Source: Octopus vulgaris (Eukaryota). Taken from it: a stretch of DNA of 64,000 nt. The stretch is taken from the NCBI GenBank assembly GCA_951406725.2, contig OX597827.1:56792001-56856000 (forward strand), written 5' to 3'. The position numbers and the translations under genes are program-made. Numbering within the stretch: the stretch's first letter is position 1; each line of letters opens with the position of its first letter. A model generated the notes under the pieces. The model had not been told where the DNA came from and made no database searches. It saw nothing but the letters and a program-made list of their open reading frames with translations. Of the stretch, positions 39,985-52,165 are shown in pieces.

Positions 39985-40258
39985 CATGCATACATATATG
40001 TGTGTGTGTATGTGTGTGTGTGTATGTGTGTGTGTGTGTATGTGTGTGTGTCTTTGTGTCGTTGTGTCTATGTTTGTTCCTCACCACCACTTGATAACTA
40101 GTGTTGGTGTGTTTACATCCCTGTAACTTACTGGTTCACCAAAAGAGACCGATAGAATTAATTATTCTCAGGACTGAATGAATATAGTTTTGGATTTGTA
40201 CTCCTAAAAACTTCTTATAAATGTTAACCAATTGTATTTTTGTTTATTTTCTTTACAG

Positions 40259-40420
40259 AATCGTTGTTATCTGTGTCTAATGGGTGCATTACAACTTGAC
40301 CTTGGCGGTGCACCTGCTGGTCCAGCAGGAACAGGCAAAACTGAAACGACAAAGGATTTAGCCAAAGCTTTGGCTAAACAGTGTGTTGTCTTCAACTGTT
40401 CAGATGGTTTAGATTATAAG
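40259..40420 (+). CDS. DNAH6: Dynein heavy chain exon, AAA1 Walker A ([10 protein letters not shown])
   Basis: ttacag acceptor, gtattt donor, 162 nt. Confidence 0.95.
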
Positions 40421-40528
40421 GTATTTATTAAAAATATATGTGATGAATTTATGATGATTTTTTTTTCTGTACTGTAGGGACTTATATTGAATTTATATCA
40501 TCATCGTCAGTGTCTCATCATTATTGCA

Positions 40529-41097
40529 TCACCGGTTTAGAACCCCTATCTTGCCCAGGATATTAATCGCCTGGAAACCATTCTGCGATGTGCAACCAAG
40601 AGAATACCCTCCATCAGGCATTTCCCATATTCTGAATGCCTTACTTCTCTGGGCATGGATACATTGAAACTCTGACGTCTGGCAGCTAGCTTGGCAGACA
40701 CCCATAAAATTATTAACCACCTTACTAACAATACCTCTGAGCACCTTTTCAAACTCCATCTGTCTAACACCCGTGGACATATTTACAAAGTCAGAAAACA
40801 GCACAGCTCCCATGACTTTCGGAAACATTTTTTCAAGCTAAGAGTTGCTGAAGTATGGAACAAACTGCTGGCATCAGTTGTTAGTTGTCGGAGCACTGCA
40901 TCCTTCAAAACTTCCATGCTTGCTGAGATTCGGCAACACTACACCTGATTTTCTCCCCTCCATACACACGCAAGCAGGTATCTGACTCATACACTGTTCA
41001 CTTTCCAGACATTGGTACATTACTGCATATTCTTTATATGCACTTTTGACAAGTTGTGGTGCACCTGAGCACTTTATACAATAATTTCATTATTATT
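40529..41097 (+). mobile_element. 5'-truncated LINE (CR1/L2-type ORF2 end and 3' UTR)
   Basis: NTRGHIYKV..RKHFFKLRVAEVWNKL..FK motifs typical of CR1/L2-type ORF2 C-termini; ATTATT tail. Confidence 0.82.
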
Positions 41098-41856
41098 CCC
41101 GGTTTCTCTGGCGTATGTGTTCCCCCAGCTGGACGGGACGCCAGTCCATCACAGCATTACTCAAGAAACAGGAAGAGAGAGTGAGAGAAAGTTGTGGGGA
41201 AAGAGTACAGCAGGGGTCACCCCCCCCCCCCTGCCGGAGCCTCGTGGAGCTTTTAGGTGTTTTCGCTCAATAAACACACACAACGCCTGGTCTGGGAATC
41301 GAAACTGCAATCCTCTGACTACGAGTCCGCTGCCCTAACCACTGGGCCATTGCGCCTCCTACTCTCTTGATAGAGCTTAGTAATCCTGATAGTTGATCTA
41401 GGATTCATCCACTCAGCATTAATGTAAAAAGCATCATTGGCTCAGTTGAGCTCTTTCACACTCTCTTCACAATCCACTGTGTTGCAGTCTCATGACTTCA
41501 CCGTATCTTCTGTGTTCTTGGCAAGGTGGCTGATGGGTGCTATGCTTGCCAAAAGGCAGCCTGTATCTATGAAGGGCATGAGATAGTTTTGAAATACCTA
41601 CAACAATGTACAAGTAGTAATTTCTTATTTACACTGATGAAAATAATAATTCTTGTGACAGTTTGAAATTTTGAGGATAAAGAAAAAAATGGATTAAAAA
41701 CATTTTTTAATTCCAAAAGTCAGCCTAGCAAGGATTTGAACTATGTGCATTCAAGAAATATAATTAAATACCACAGAACATTTTGTTAACCACTCTACTG
41801 ATGCTATCATGTATATGCAAAGTCTACTGAAATTATTATTAATATTTCTTTTTCAG

Positions 41857-41994
41857 ATGATGGGTCGTTTCTTCTCCGGACTTGCACAAACTGGAGCTTG
41901 GTGTTGCTTTGATGAGTTTAACCGCATTGATACTGAAGTGTTGTCTGTTATTGCTCAACAACTTATTACCATTAGGAATGCCAAAGTTGCAAAG
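41857..41994 (+). CDS. DNAH6: Dynein heavy chain exon, AAA1 Walker B ([10 protein letters not shown])
   Basis: tttcag acceptor, gtacca donor, 138 nt. Confidence 0.95.
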
Positions 41995-42955
41995 GTACCA
42001 CATTAAATTTATTATAAATAGATTAAAAATTATGATTTTATTTTAAATTTTTAATTTTGTAATTATATTTTCACATATAATGTGATTATTGATTTTCGTA
42101 GGAAATAATTTTCTTGTCTAATTTCATAGTTTGAGATAGTTTCAGATAGTGCAGGTATGTAGCACTGGATTAACCATTAAGCAAAATAATCATATGTTTA
42201 GGGTATTAAGAAAGGATGGGACACCACAGAAATTTTAAATGGTTTATGGCATAAAAGAAATCACTTTAAACTTTCTAAAATAATATTCAAAGTGGTTTAT
42301 ATGATCGGAAATATAATTTCAAGGTGTTCATTGTGGCATAGTGAGGATTTGATCAAAGACTTTGCAATTATGAAAAGTAGGAAAAAACTTTTTAAATAAT
42401 AAATAAAGTGGTGCCCCAGCATGGCCACAGTCTAATGACTGAAACAAGTAAAATAAAAAATAAAAAAAATAAACAAACATTGTTTTCTACTGGAAAATAA
42501 AAATTAATGCCTTATGTAGGCAAAGTGGCTGAGATCCTTTTGAGTGTTGGGCCTCTTGGAGGCAATGACCAAGACCTTTGACATAATGTTGTGCTTGAGA
42601 AGTAGACCCATTAAGCCGAACAAAATCACAGTTGTGGAAGATACTGGTGTCACGCAAATGGCACTCCTGCTGGTGGCACATAAATGCACCTATTACACTA
42701 CTGGAGGGGTTGGCATTAGGAAGAGAATCCAGCCATAGGAACCATGCCAAATCAGACTGGAGTCTGGTGTAGCCTTCCAGCTGGTCAAACTGTCAAATCC
42801 CATGCCAGCATGGACAACGGACGTTAAATGATGATGAGGATGATGATAATGATGATGATACTTAATATGAGGATTTTAGGAATATTCCCTAAAGCTGAAC
42901 AAATAATTTCCTGAACACCACTAATTTCATGTGTATCCTTTGAATTTCATTTTAG

Positions 42956-43109
42956 GTTTCCCGATTCATCTTTGAAGGCCATGATATCAAATTGATCAGA
43001 ACCTGTGCTGCATTCATCACAATGAATCCAGGCTATGCTGGTCGTACTGAACTGCCAGATAACCTAAAAGCTCTTTTTAGACCTTTTGCTATGATGGTGC
43101 CAGACTATT
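42956..43109 (+). CDS. DNAH6: Dynein heavy chain exon ([23 protein letters not shown])
   Basis: ttttag acceptor, gtaagt donor, phase 1. Confidence 0.95.
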
Positions 43110-44203
43110 GTAAGTCTCAGTATTTAGTTCTTTTTGTCTGTAGGAATTATAGTGAAGGCATGTGGCATAGTGGCTAGGGTATTTGGCCCATATTCATAAG
43201 ATTGTGAGTTTGATTCCTAGTAGCATGTTGTGTCCTTGAGCAAGACACTTTATTCCACATTGCTCCAGTCCACTCAGCTGGCAAAAATGAGTCATAGCTG
43301 TAAGCCAAAAGACCAACTTTGTCACATTCTGTGTCATACTGAATTCCCCTGAGAATTATGTTAAGGCTATGCATGTCTATGGAGTGCTCAGCCATTTGCA
43401 TGTTAATTTCACGAGTAGGCTATTCCATTGATCAGATCAACAAGAACATTCATTGTCATAACCGACAGAGTTCCAGTTGCAATTATTTATTTTGTTGTAT
43501 GTTGCAAGGGATGTGGAAGTGCGTGGCTTAGTGGTTAGGATGTCAGCACCATGATCGTAAGATTGTGGTTTCAATTCCTAGACTGGGCAATGCATTGTGT
43601 TCTTCAGCAAAACACTTCATTTCATGTTGCTCCAGTCTTCTCAGCCGGCAAAAATGAGTAACGCTGTGATGGACTGGCGTCCTGTCCAGCTGGGGAACAC
43701 ATACGCCATAGAAACCAGGAAACCGGGCCCACGAGCCTGGCTAGGCTTTAAAAAGGGCGCATTTATTTATTTTTATTATCTTGGAAGGGACATTACTCCA
43801 ATATTAAACACATGCACTGGTTTCAGTTTCACTTCTTTATTCTTAGTTAATCAGTTAGTTATTTAACCAACTAACTAATCAACAAACCAATTGGTTAATC
43901 AATGAATTAGTTGTCATTGTTGAAAACAACTGAAAATAATTGATCAATTAGTTGGTTAAATAACTAACCCTGAAGTGAAATTGAACCAGTGTATGTGTTT
44001 AGTTTTAGCATGATGACCTTCCCAAGATACAACAAAATGTGTTTCAACTCACGAGTTCACATTGAGAATTTTACAAAGCAAGTACAAGTACGAATTACTT
44101 ATTCTATTGACAGAATGAAATACTTCCTGTTTCAGCCTTCCTAATACATATTTATACATTATTTTTTTGAACAGCATCTGTCCTTACCATATTTTCTCTT
44201 CAT

Positions 44204-44600
44204 AGGCACAGGAGTGGCTGTGTGGTAAGTAGTGTGCTTACCAACCACATGGTTCCGGGTTCAGTCCCACTGCGTGGCACCTTGGGCAAGTGTCTTCTAC
44301 TATAGCCTCAGGCCGACCAAATCCTTGTGAGTGGATTTGGTAGATAGAAACTGAAAGAAGCCTGTCGTATATATGTATGTGTGTGTATATATTTGTGTAT
44401 CTGTGTTTGTCCCCCCGCCCAACATCGCTTGACAATTGATGCTGGTGTGTTTATGTCTCTGTAACTTAGCGGTTCAACAAAAGAGAACCGATAGAATAAG
44501 TACTAGGCTTACAAAGAATAAGTCCTGGGGTCTATTTGCTCGACTAAAGGTGGTGCTCCAGCATGGCTGAAGTCAAATGATTGAAACAAATAAAAGAGTA
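44204..44600 (+). mobile_element. tRNA-derived SINE, family A
   Basis: Full-length copy. Confidence 0.88.
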
Positions 44601-44639
44601 AAGGAGAATAACTTCACTGGACTGGTCATATACTCTCTC

Positions 44640-45054
44640 TTTTTTACTCTTTTACTTGTTTCAGTCATTTGACTGCGGCCATGTTGGAGCACCGCCTTTA
44701 ATTGAGCAACTTGACCCCGGGACTTATTCTTTGTAAGCCCAGTACTTATACTATCGGTCTCTTTTGCTGAACCACTAAGTGACGGGGACATAAACACACC
44801 AGCATCGGTTGTCAAGCAATGCTAGGGAGGCAAACACAGACACACAAACACACACGCACATATATATATATATATATATACATATATACGATGGGCTTCT
44901 TTCAGTTTCTGTCTACCAAATCCACTCACAAGGCTTTGGTCGGCCCGAGGCTATAGTAGAAGACACTTGCCCAAGGTGCCACGCAGTGGGACTGAACCTG
45001 GAACCATGTGGTTGGTAAGCAAGCTACTTACCACACAGCCACTACTACGCCTAT
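44640..45054 (-). mobile_element. tRNA-derived SINE, family A
   Basis: Full-length inverted copy ending ~30 nt before the 45086 exon. Confidence 0.88.
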
Positions 45055-45085
45055 ATTTACTTGTGGTTTACTTTTTTGTTCTCAG

Positions 45086-45357
45086 GTCTGATAGCTGAAG
45101 TGATCTTGTATTCTGAGGGATTTGAATCCTCAAAGCTGTTGGCTCAAAAGATGACACAAATGTACAAACTGTGTAGTGAGCAACTCTCACAGCAAGATCA
45201 TTATGACTTTGGGATGAGAGCCATTAAATCAATTTTGGTTATGGCTGGCTCTCTTAAGCAGCAGAATCCAGGTCAAGACGAGGATAGTTTACTTATCAGA
45301 GCTCTTTACGACAGTAACATTCCAAAGTTTTTGAAGGAAGATGCTATACTATTCCAG
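45086..45357 (+). CDS. DNAH6: Dynein heavy chain exon (LIAEVILYSEGF...HYDFGMRA...DAILFQ)
   Basis: tctcag acceptor, gtaggt donor, phase consistent. Confidence 0.95.
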
Positions 45358-46516
45358 GTAGGTTGGAAGAAAGCTCTAGTTTCCTTACAAACCCTTTTAT
45401 CAACTTGCTTTATTCAGTTCTTAAACACCAGGTTATTATAAAGAGACAGTCAATTGCAATTAACTATTTACAAAATGCGAGACAGTTTATTTATTTCTAT
45501 AGTTAAGAGTGAAGGCGCATGGCTCAGTGGTTAGAGCGTCCAGTTTACGATCATGAGGTTGTGAGTTCGAATCACGGACTGGGCTGCATGTTGTGTTCTT
45601 GAGCAAGACACTTTATTTCACCTTGCTCCAGTTCACTCAGCTGTAGAAATGAGTTGCGATGCCACAGGTGCCAAGCTATATTGGCCTTTGCCTTTCCCTT
45701 GGATAACACTGGTGGCGTGGAGAGGGGAGGCCGATATGTATGGGCGACTGCTGGTCTTCCATAAACAACCTTGCCCGGACTTGTGCCTGGGAGGGTAACT
45801 TTCTAGGTGCGATCCCATGGTCTGTGTCGTGACCGAAGGGGGGGGGGGTCTCAGATATTTAAGAGATGAGGAATTATGTACATTATTTACATTATTTACA
45901 TTTGATGGATATTTGTGTTAACAACAAACAAGATGAGGACAAATATCTGTCAAATGTAAATAATGTAAATAATGTAGATTATTCATTGCTTTTTTTTTTT
46001 AACATCCACTTTTCCACGTTTGCATGGTTTGGATGGAATTTATTCTGGTGGAGTTTCTGCAGATGGATGCCCTTCACATTGCCAATCCTCATCTGTTTCC
46101 CTGTAAGGTAATATTTTCCCATGACTGAACATGTTTTTATGGAAGATTGGAAATGAAGGATACTGCTTGCATGATGCTAACACTTGTTTACAGTTATCAC
46201 ATGATGCCAAGTTAGGGAGACAGTAACATAGAGAGAGACATGCACACACACACACACACACGTGTGTATACATACTTAAATGTCGAACAATGAGAATGAG
46301 TGTTCAACACCACATTGGTAGATAAAATTTCTTTATTTGTGTATTAAGGCTACCATTGGTTTCATGTTAAAAAAAAATATCTTAATATCCTAACAATTTT
46401 TCTAGCCAATTACATGGAGGGATGGTGTTTGTCTCCAATGATCAGCTTGAAAAATTAAGATATTAGGATATTTTTCTTAACATGAAATCAATGGTAGCCT
46501 TTATACACAAATAAAG

Positions 46517-46564
<48 letters not shown>

Positions 46565-46581
46565 CTAAATATCATATAAAT

Positions 46582-46625
<44 letters not shown>

Positions 46626-46628
<3 letters not shown>

Positions 46629-48207
46629 ATAAAACGGTAAGATAACAAAAGAAAGAAAGAGACCTCAATATTATGTAAATAGAGGAAATTTATCTATACA
46701 ATATGTTACATTACTCGGTAGTCAAGATAAAACTCTGAGTTTCAGATGCGAAGTGGAAATCCACAACACCATCTCTTCGGTTATCTGGCTATTTGAAAAC
46801 GTTATGAAAAAATACCGTTAAAAATGAAGGGAAATTACTCTGTTATAACTCTGCTTTGCCTGCTACTTATACATCGCTCGCATTTTTCGTCATAAAAATT
46901 ATATAAAAATACATAAAAATATATAAAAATATATAAAAATATATAAAATCTTCTTGGGACATAACACAGAAAGCATGTTCTATCCGTTTTCTTTAGGGGA
47001 CCAAAAACGTAACAGAAATTTAGTCACATGTGGGCATGATCCGAAAAGCTCTGTCCTTGTATTTAGACATGTGGTAGGGTCTAAGCTGCTTTTCCAGATA
47101 AGCCATCTCTCCATGTCGCATAAACCGCACCTTCCGCTGCCGTTAGTATAGGGCTTACATCTGGCCAAAATCTTCCATTGTATGTTATAATCGACACCTT
47201 TATCTCTTAAAGACCAAATATGATTGGATAATTGTGTCGCTTTTCTTTTGTTCCAGTGCCTAAAGCTCAAAGTGTGGTTATTGAACCTGGCCTTGAAATT
47301 ACCCTCTGTCAGGCCCACGTATTTCTTCGTCGAAACGGTGTCTTTAGTGGTTATAGAGTTTACGGTAGCTTCATATATGATGGTCTTGGACATGCAAGCT
47401 CCATTTAGCGGGCACAATTCTTTATTCCTGCATGAACAGCTGTTTTCTTCTTGTGTTTTTTGTATGTTATGATTGATTATGTTTTTAAATTGGTAGTTGA
47501 ACTAAAACTAATTTTTAAATTGTGTCTATTGAAGAGTTTCCTATAAGCATGGTTAACTGGAAAATGTCTATCTATCAGTGCTAGGAAATATTTACCTATA
47601 TTGAAGGCCACCTCGGGTGAGTAAGGGGACGTAAACCAGATGACCTTCCTATTTCTATTATTCCTTTTCCTTATTGTTGGGCTGGTGATAGGTGTATATT
47701 TTATTTTTTCACTAAAACCACTATCTTTTAAAGCTTTATTATAAACTGGGGCAACGCTATTGAAGATGTCCTCATTAGATGAGAGGCTAGAAATCCTCTT
47801 ACTAATATTTTTAACTAAATTTTTGAATACTATAGGGGGATGGCATGAACCTACATTAATTAAAACGATCTTATGCTGGTCCATTTGTATTAGTTGTTAA
47901 GGCGAGGGCATCATCTTTGTAGATGGCGAAATGTACGTTAGGGAATGTCTTACTGAAGGTATCTAGGAGAAAGAGTCCAATTAGATCACAGATGCCTGCC
48001 CCATCATATGAACCCATGCTCACATCGAAAGCGCCCTCCGTGTCGGTGTTTTTACCCACTTTGCATTCTCACTGAAAAGTAATGTCTTTCTAGCATGGAA
48101 GATTATATCCTTATCATTGGTACTAATTTCTATGAAGTCACTAGCGAAGATTAGGGCTTTATCTAGCAGTTCTTTAGAGATAGAGGCATAAAAATCAACA
48201 ATATCGA
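46626..48207 (-). mobile_element. Penelope-like element, 5'-truncated, left arm of fold-back (RT, GIY-YIG, 3' terminal repeat)
   Basis: FDIVDFYASIS, MGSYDGA, YKDD, CPLNGAC, IIYEAT..YVGLT..FKARFNNH, CGLC..E; 149-bp deletion relative to the right arm. Confidence 0.92.
46725..46786 (-). ncRNA. Mirror copy of the hammerhead-like motif in the left PLE arm
   Basis: Reverse complement of 49773-49835 with a 1-nt indel in stem II. Confidence 0.65.
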
Positions 48208-49857
48208 ATTGTTGATTTTTATGCCTCTATCTCTAAAGAACTGCTAGATAAAGCCCTCATCTTCGCTAGTGACTTCATAGAAATTAGTACCAATGATAAG
48301 GATATAATCTTCCATGCTAGAAAGACATTACTTTTCAGTGAGAATGCAAAGTGGGTAAAAACACCGACACGGAGGGCGCTTTCGATGTGAGCATGGGTTC
48401 ATATGATGGGGCAGGCATCTGTGATCTAATTGGACTCTTTCTCCTAGATACCTTCAGTAAGACATTCCCTAACGTACATTTCGCCATCTACAAAGATGAT
48501 GCCCTCGCCTTAACAACTAATACAAATGGACCAGCACAAGATCGTTTTAGGAAGGATATTATCCAGTTAATGAAACACTTCGGACTTAGTATAACTATAG
48601 ACACTAACCTGACGGTTGTCAATTTCTTAGACGTTTCCTTAGATCTTAATAATAATATTTATAAGCCTTATAGGAAGCCCAATGATAGACTAAGTTATAT
48701 TAATGTAGGTTCATGCCATCCCCTATAGTATTCAAAAATTTAGTTAAAAATATTAGTAAGAGGATTTCTAGCCTCTCATCTAATGAGGACATCTTCAATA
48801 GCGTTGCCCCAGTTTATAATAAAGCTTTAAAAGATAGTGGTTTTAGTGAAAAATAAAATATACACCTATCACCAGCCCAACAATAAGGAAAAGGAATAAT
48901 AGAAATAGGAAGGTCATCTGGTTTACGTCCCCTTACTCACCCGAGGTGGCCTTCAATATAGGTAAATATTTCCTAGCACTGATAGATAGACATTTTCCAG
49001 TTAACCATGCTTATAGGAAACTCTTCAATAGACACAATTTAAAAATTAGTTTTAGTTCAACTACCAATTTTAAAAACATAATCAATCATAACATACAAAA
49101 AACACAAGAAGAAAACAGCTGTTCATGCAGGAATAAAGAATTGTGCCCGCTAAATGGAGCTTGCATGTCCAAGACCATCATATATGAAGCTACCGTAAAC
49201 TCTATAACCACTAAAGACACCGTTTCGACGAAGAAATACGTGGGCCTGACAGAGGGTAATTTCAAGGCCAGGTTCAATAACCACACTTTGAGCTTTAGGC
49301 ACTGGAACAAAAGAAAAGCGACACAATTATCCAATCATATTTGGTCTTTAAGAGATAAAGGTGTCGATTATAACATACAATGGAAGATTTTGGCCAGATG
49401 TAAGCCCTATACTAACGGCAGCGGAAGGTGCGGTTTATGCGACATGGAGAGATGGCTTATCTGGAAAAGCAGCTTAGACCCTACCACATGTCTAAATACA
49501 AGGACAGAGCTTTTCGGATCATGCCCACATGTGACTAAATTTCTGTTACGTTTTTGGTCCCCTAAAGAAAACGGATAGAACATGCTTTCTGTGTTATGTC
49601 CCAAGAAGATTTTATATATTTTTATATATTTTTATATATTTTTATGTATTTTTATATAATTTTTATGACGAAAAATGCGAGCGATGTATAAGTACGCAGG
49701 CAAAGCAGAGTTATAACAGAGTAATTTCCCTTCATTTTTAACGGTATTTTTTCATAACGTTTTCAAATAGCCAGATAACCGAAGAGATGGTGTTGTGGAT
49801 TTCCACTTCGGCATCTGAAACTCAGAGTTTTATCTTGACTACCGAGTAATGTAACAT

Positions 49858-49865
<8 letters not shown>
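48208..49865 (+). mobile_element. Penelope-like element, 5'-truncated, right arm of fold-back (RT, GIY-YIG, 3' terminal repeat)
   Basis: ORFs 48351-48728 (RT motifs, VNFLDVSLDL, PYRKPN) and 48946-49578 (GIY-YIG-type endonuclease); frameshifts at homopolymers. Confidence 0.93.
49773..49835 (+). ncRNA. Type I hammerhead ribozyme-like motif in the PLE 3' repeat (variant core CCGAAGA)
   Basis: Stem I AGATAA/TTATCT; CCGAAGA; stem II GATG..GTGG(ATTT)CCAC..CATC; TGAAAC; ACTC-A-GAGT near-palindromic stem III; GUU triplet. Confidence 0.7.
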
Positions 49866-49954
<89 letters not shown>

Positions 49955-49963
49955 CTAAATATC

Positions 49964-50050
<87 letters not shown>

Positions 50051-50307
50051 TCATCATCATCATTATCACCATTTAACATTGACTTTCCATGTTGACATGG
50101 GATGAAGTTTGTTTGGGCAGATTTTCTATGGCTGGTTGCTCTTCCTGTTGCCAACCTTGATCTGATTCTGAATAAGATAATAGTTCCCCTTGACCAGGCA
50201 TATTTTCATGGAAGATTGGAAATGAAGGACAAGGCTTGTATGACAGCGATACTCATGTCAAGACAAAGAAAAATTAACACATGCACACATCCACATTCAC
50301 ACACACT

Positions 50308-50355
<48 letters not shown>

Positions 50356-50391
50356 ATGGGTTCCAACTACAAAATCTATTCACAAGCCTTT

Positions 50392-50660
50392 GGAGGGAGA
50401 GAGAGAGAGGAAGAGAGATAGAGAGAAAAAGAGAGGGAGAGAGAGAAAGAGAGAGAGATGGAGTGAGAAAGAGATGGAGTGAGAAAGAGAGAGAGAGAGA
50501 GAAGAGCGAGAGGAAGAGAGAGGGAGAGAGATTAAGAGAGAAAGAGAAAGATAAAGAGCGAGAGAGGGAGAGAGAGAAAGAGAAAGAGAGAGAGAGAAAT
50601 AGAGAGAGGGAGAGAAAGAGAGAGAGAGAGAGGGAGAGAGAGAGAGAAAGAGAGAGAGAG
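50392..50660. repeat. (GA)n-rich tract
   Basis: Direct reading. Confidence 0.95.
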
Positions 50661-50990
50661 ACCAGCTGCTAAATTTTATAATTTTATGCTTTCAACCAAA
50701 AGTTATTATCTCAAGATATCTAGAAGTTAACTTACTCAAAAAAAAAAATCTTATTTTAACCCTTCATCATTCAGATTACCCTGAAATTAATAATGCACCA
50801 TCTTGTAACTTCAAGGTTTCAATGATATGATTGTTTATATTTTAGAATGACATTGTAGGGTAAATGTGAGAAGCCAGATCTCGCCAGTTTGAACATTAAA
50901 CAGGTAGAATATTTTGGCCAGACACAGCTGGTAAATCCTAAATGGTTAAATAATATTTCAGTTGTTTTTTGTAATGTTTCCCTTTTACAG

Positions 50991-51203
50991 TCAATTCTTC
51001 AAGATCTCTTTCCTGGAATTACGGTTTCTGAACCTGATTATGGTGTTTTAGAAAGAGAAATAATAAAAGCAGCTGAAGCGAAAAAGTTAATGGTTGTTCC
51101 AACTCAGATCCTGAAAGTTATTCAGTTGTATGACACCATGCTTGTTCGCCACGGAGTCATGCTAGTTGGACCAACTGGAGGAGGTAAAACAACCGTTTAC
51201 AAA
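50991..51203 (+). CDS. DNAH6: Dynein heavy chain exon, AAA2 Walker A (VRHGVMLVGPTGGGKT)
   Basis: ttacag acceptor, gtaagt donor, 213 nt. Confidence 0.95.
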
Positions 51204-51471
51204 GTAAGTGTTTGAATTTGTGATTTGAGTTGTTTTACCTTTTGTTTTTAACTCTTAATACCTATTTCTCTACTACCCACAAGGGGCTAAACACAGAGGG
51301 GACAAACAAGGATGGACAAACGGATTATTCTTTGTAAGCCCAGTACTTATTCTATCAGTCTCCTTTGCCGAACCGCTAAGTGATGGGGACGTAAACACAC
51401 CAGCATCGGTTGTCAAGCAATGCTAGGGGGACAAACACAGACACACAAACACACACACACATACACACATA

Positions 51472-51515
<44 letters not shown>

Positions 51516-51874
51516 CACGACAGGCTTCTTTCAGTTTCCGTCTACCAAATCCACTCACAAGGCATTGGTCGGCCCGGGTCTATAGCAGAAGACACTTTCC
51601 CAAGATGCCACTCAGTGAGATTGAACCCGGAACCATGTAGTTGGTTAGCAAGCTACTTACCACACAGCCACTCCTGCGCCTAATTATCATCATCATCATC
51701 ATTTAGTGTCCTTTTTCCATGCTGGCATGGGTTGAACTCCGACAGTCTGTTGAGGCATGGTTTCTACAGCTGGATGCTCTTCCTAACACCAGCTACTTAA
51801 CAGTGCACTGGATGGTTTTTATGCGCCACTGGCACATATATGTGTGTGTGTGTGTGTGTGTATATACATACATG

Positions 51875-52165
51875 CAGTGGCAGACTAGACCTAAAAATAT
51901 TGGTTGCCAGGAGACTAAGGGGGCCCACCTGCAACTACAATGCTCTCATTTAATTTTTTTTTTTCGTTAAAAGTATTCTTTTCAACTGTATACAAACACA
52001 GCCAGGCTGAAATAATTAATGCATTCTTCCAGGAGTGAATACAAAATTCTCAAACTTGAGGGGATGGGCCCTTAGATACTAACATGGGCCTCCATTTATG
52101 GATTCTAATGGCACAGGGGCCCACTTGCCATCGGGCAAGCTGGCAACCTAGCCAGTCCACCACTT
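51875..52165. mobile_element. hAT-like MITE
   Basis: CAGTGGCAGACT...AGTCCACCACTT imperfect TIRs; 8-bp near-TSD CATACATG/CATATATG. Confidence 0.6.

Noticed and set aside
47477-49080. Programmed frameshifting in the PLE ORF
   Set aside because: Two of the three shifts differ between arms at homopolymers (C4/C5, T3/T4), which points to mutation or sequencing error.
49655-49690. ATGACGAAAAATGCGAGCGAT as a SECIS element of a selenoprotein-encoding PLE
   Set aside because: Too short for the SECIS helix, and no in-frame TGA is seen in the visible PLE ORFs.
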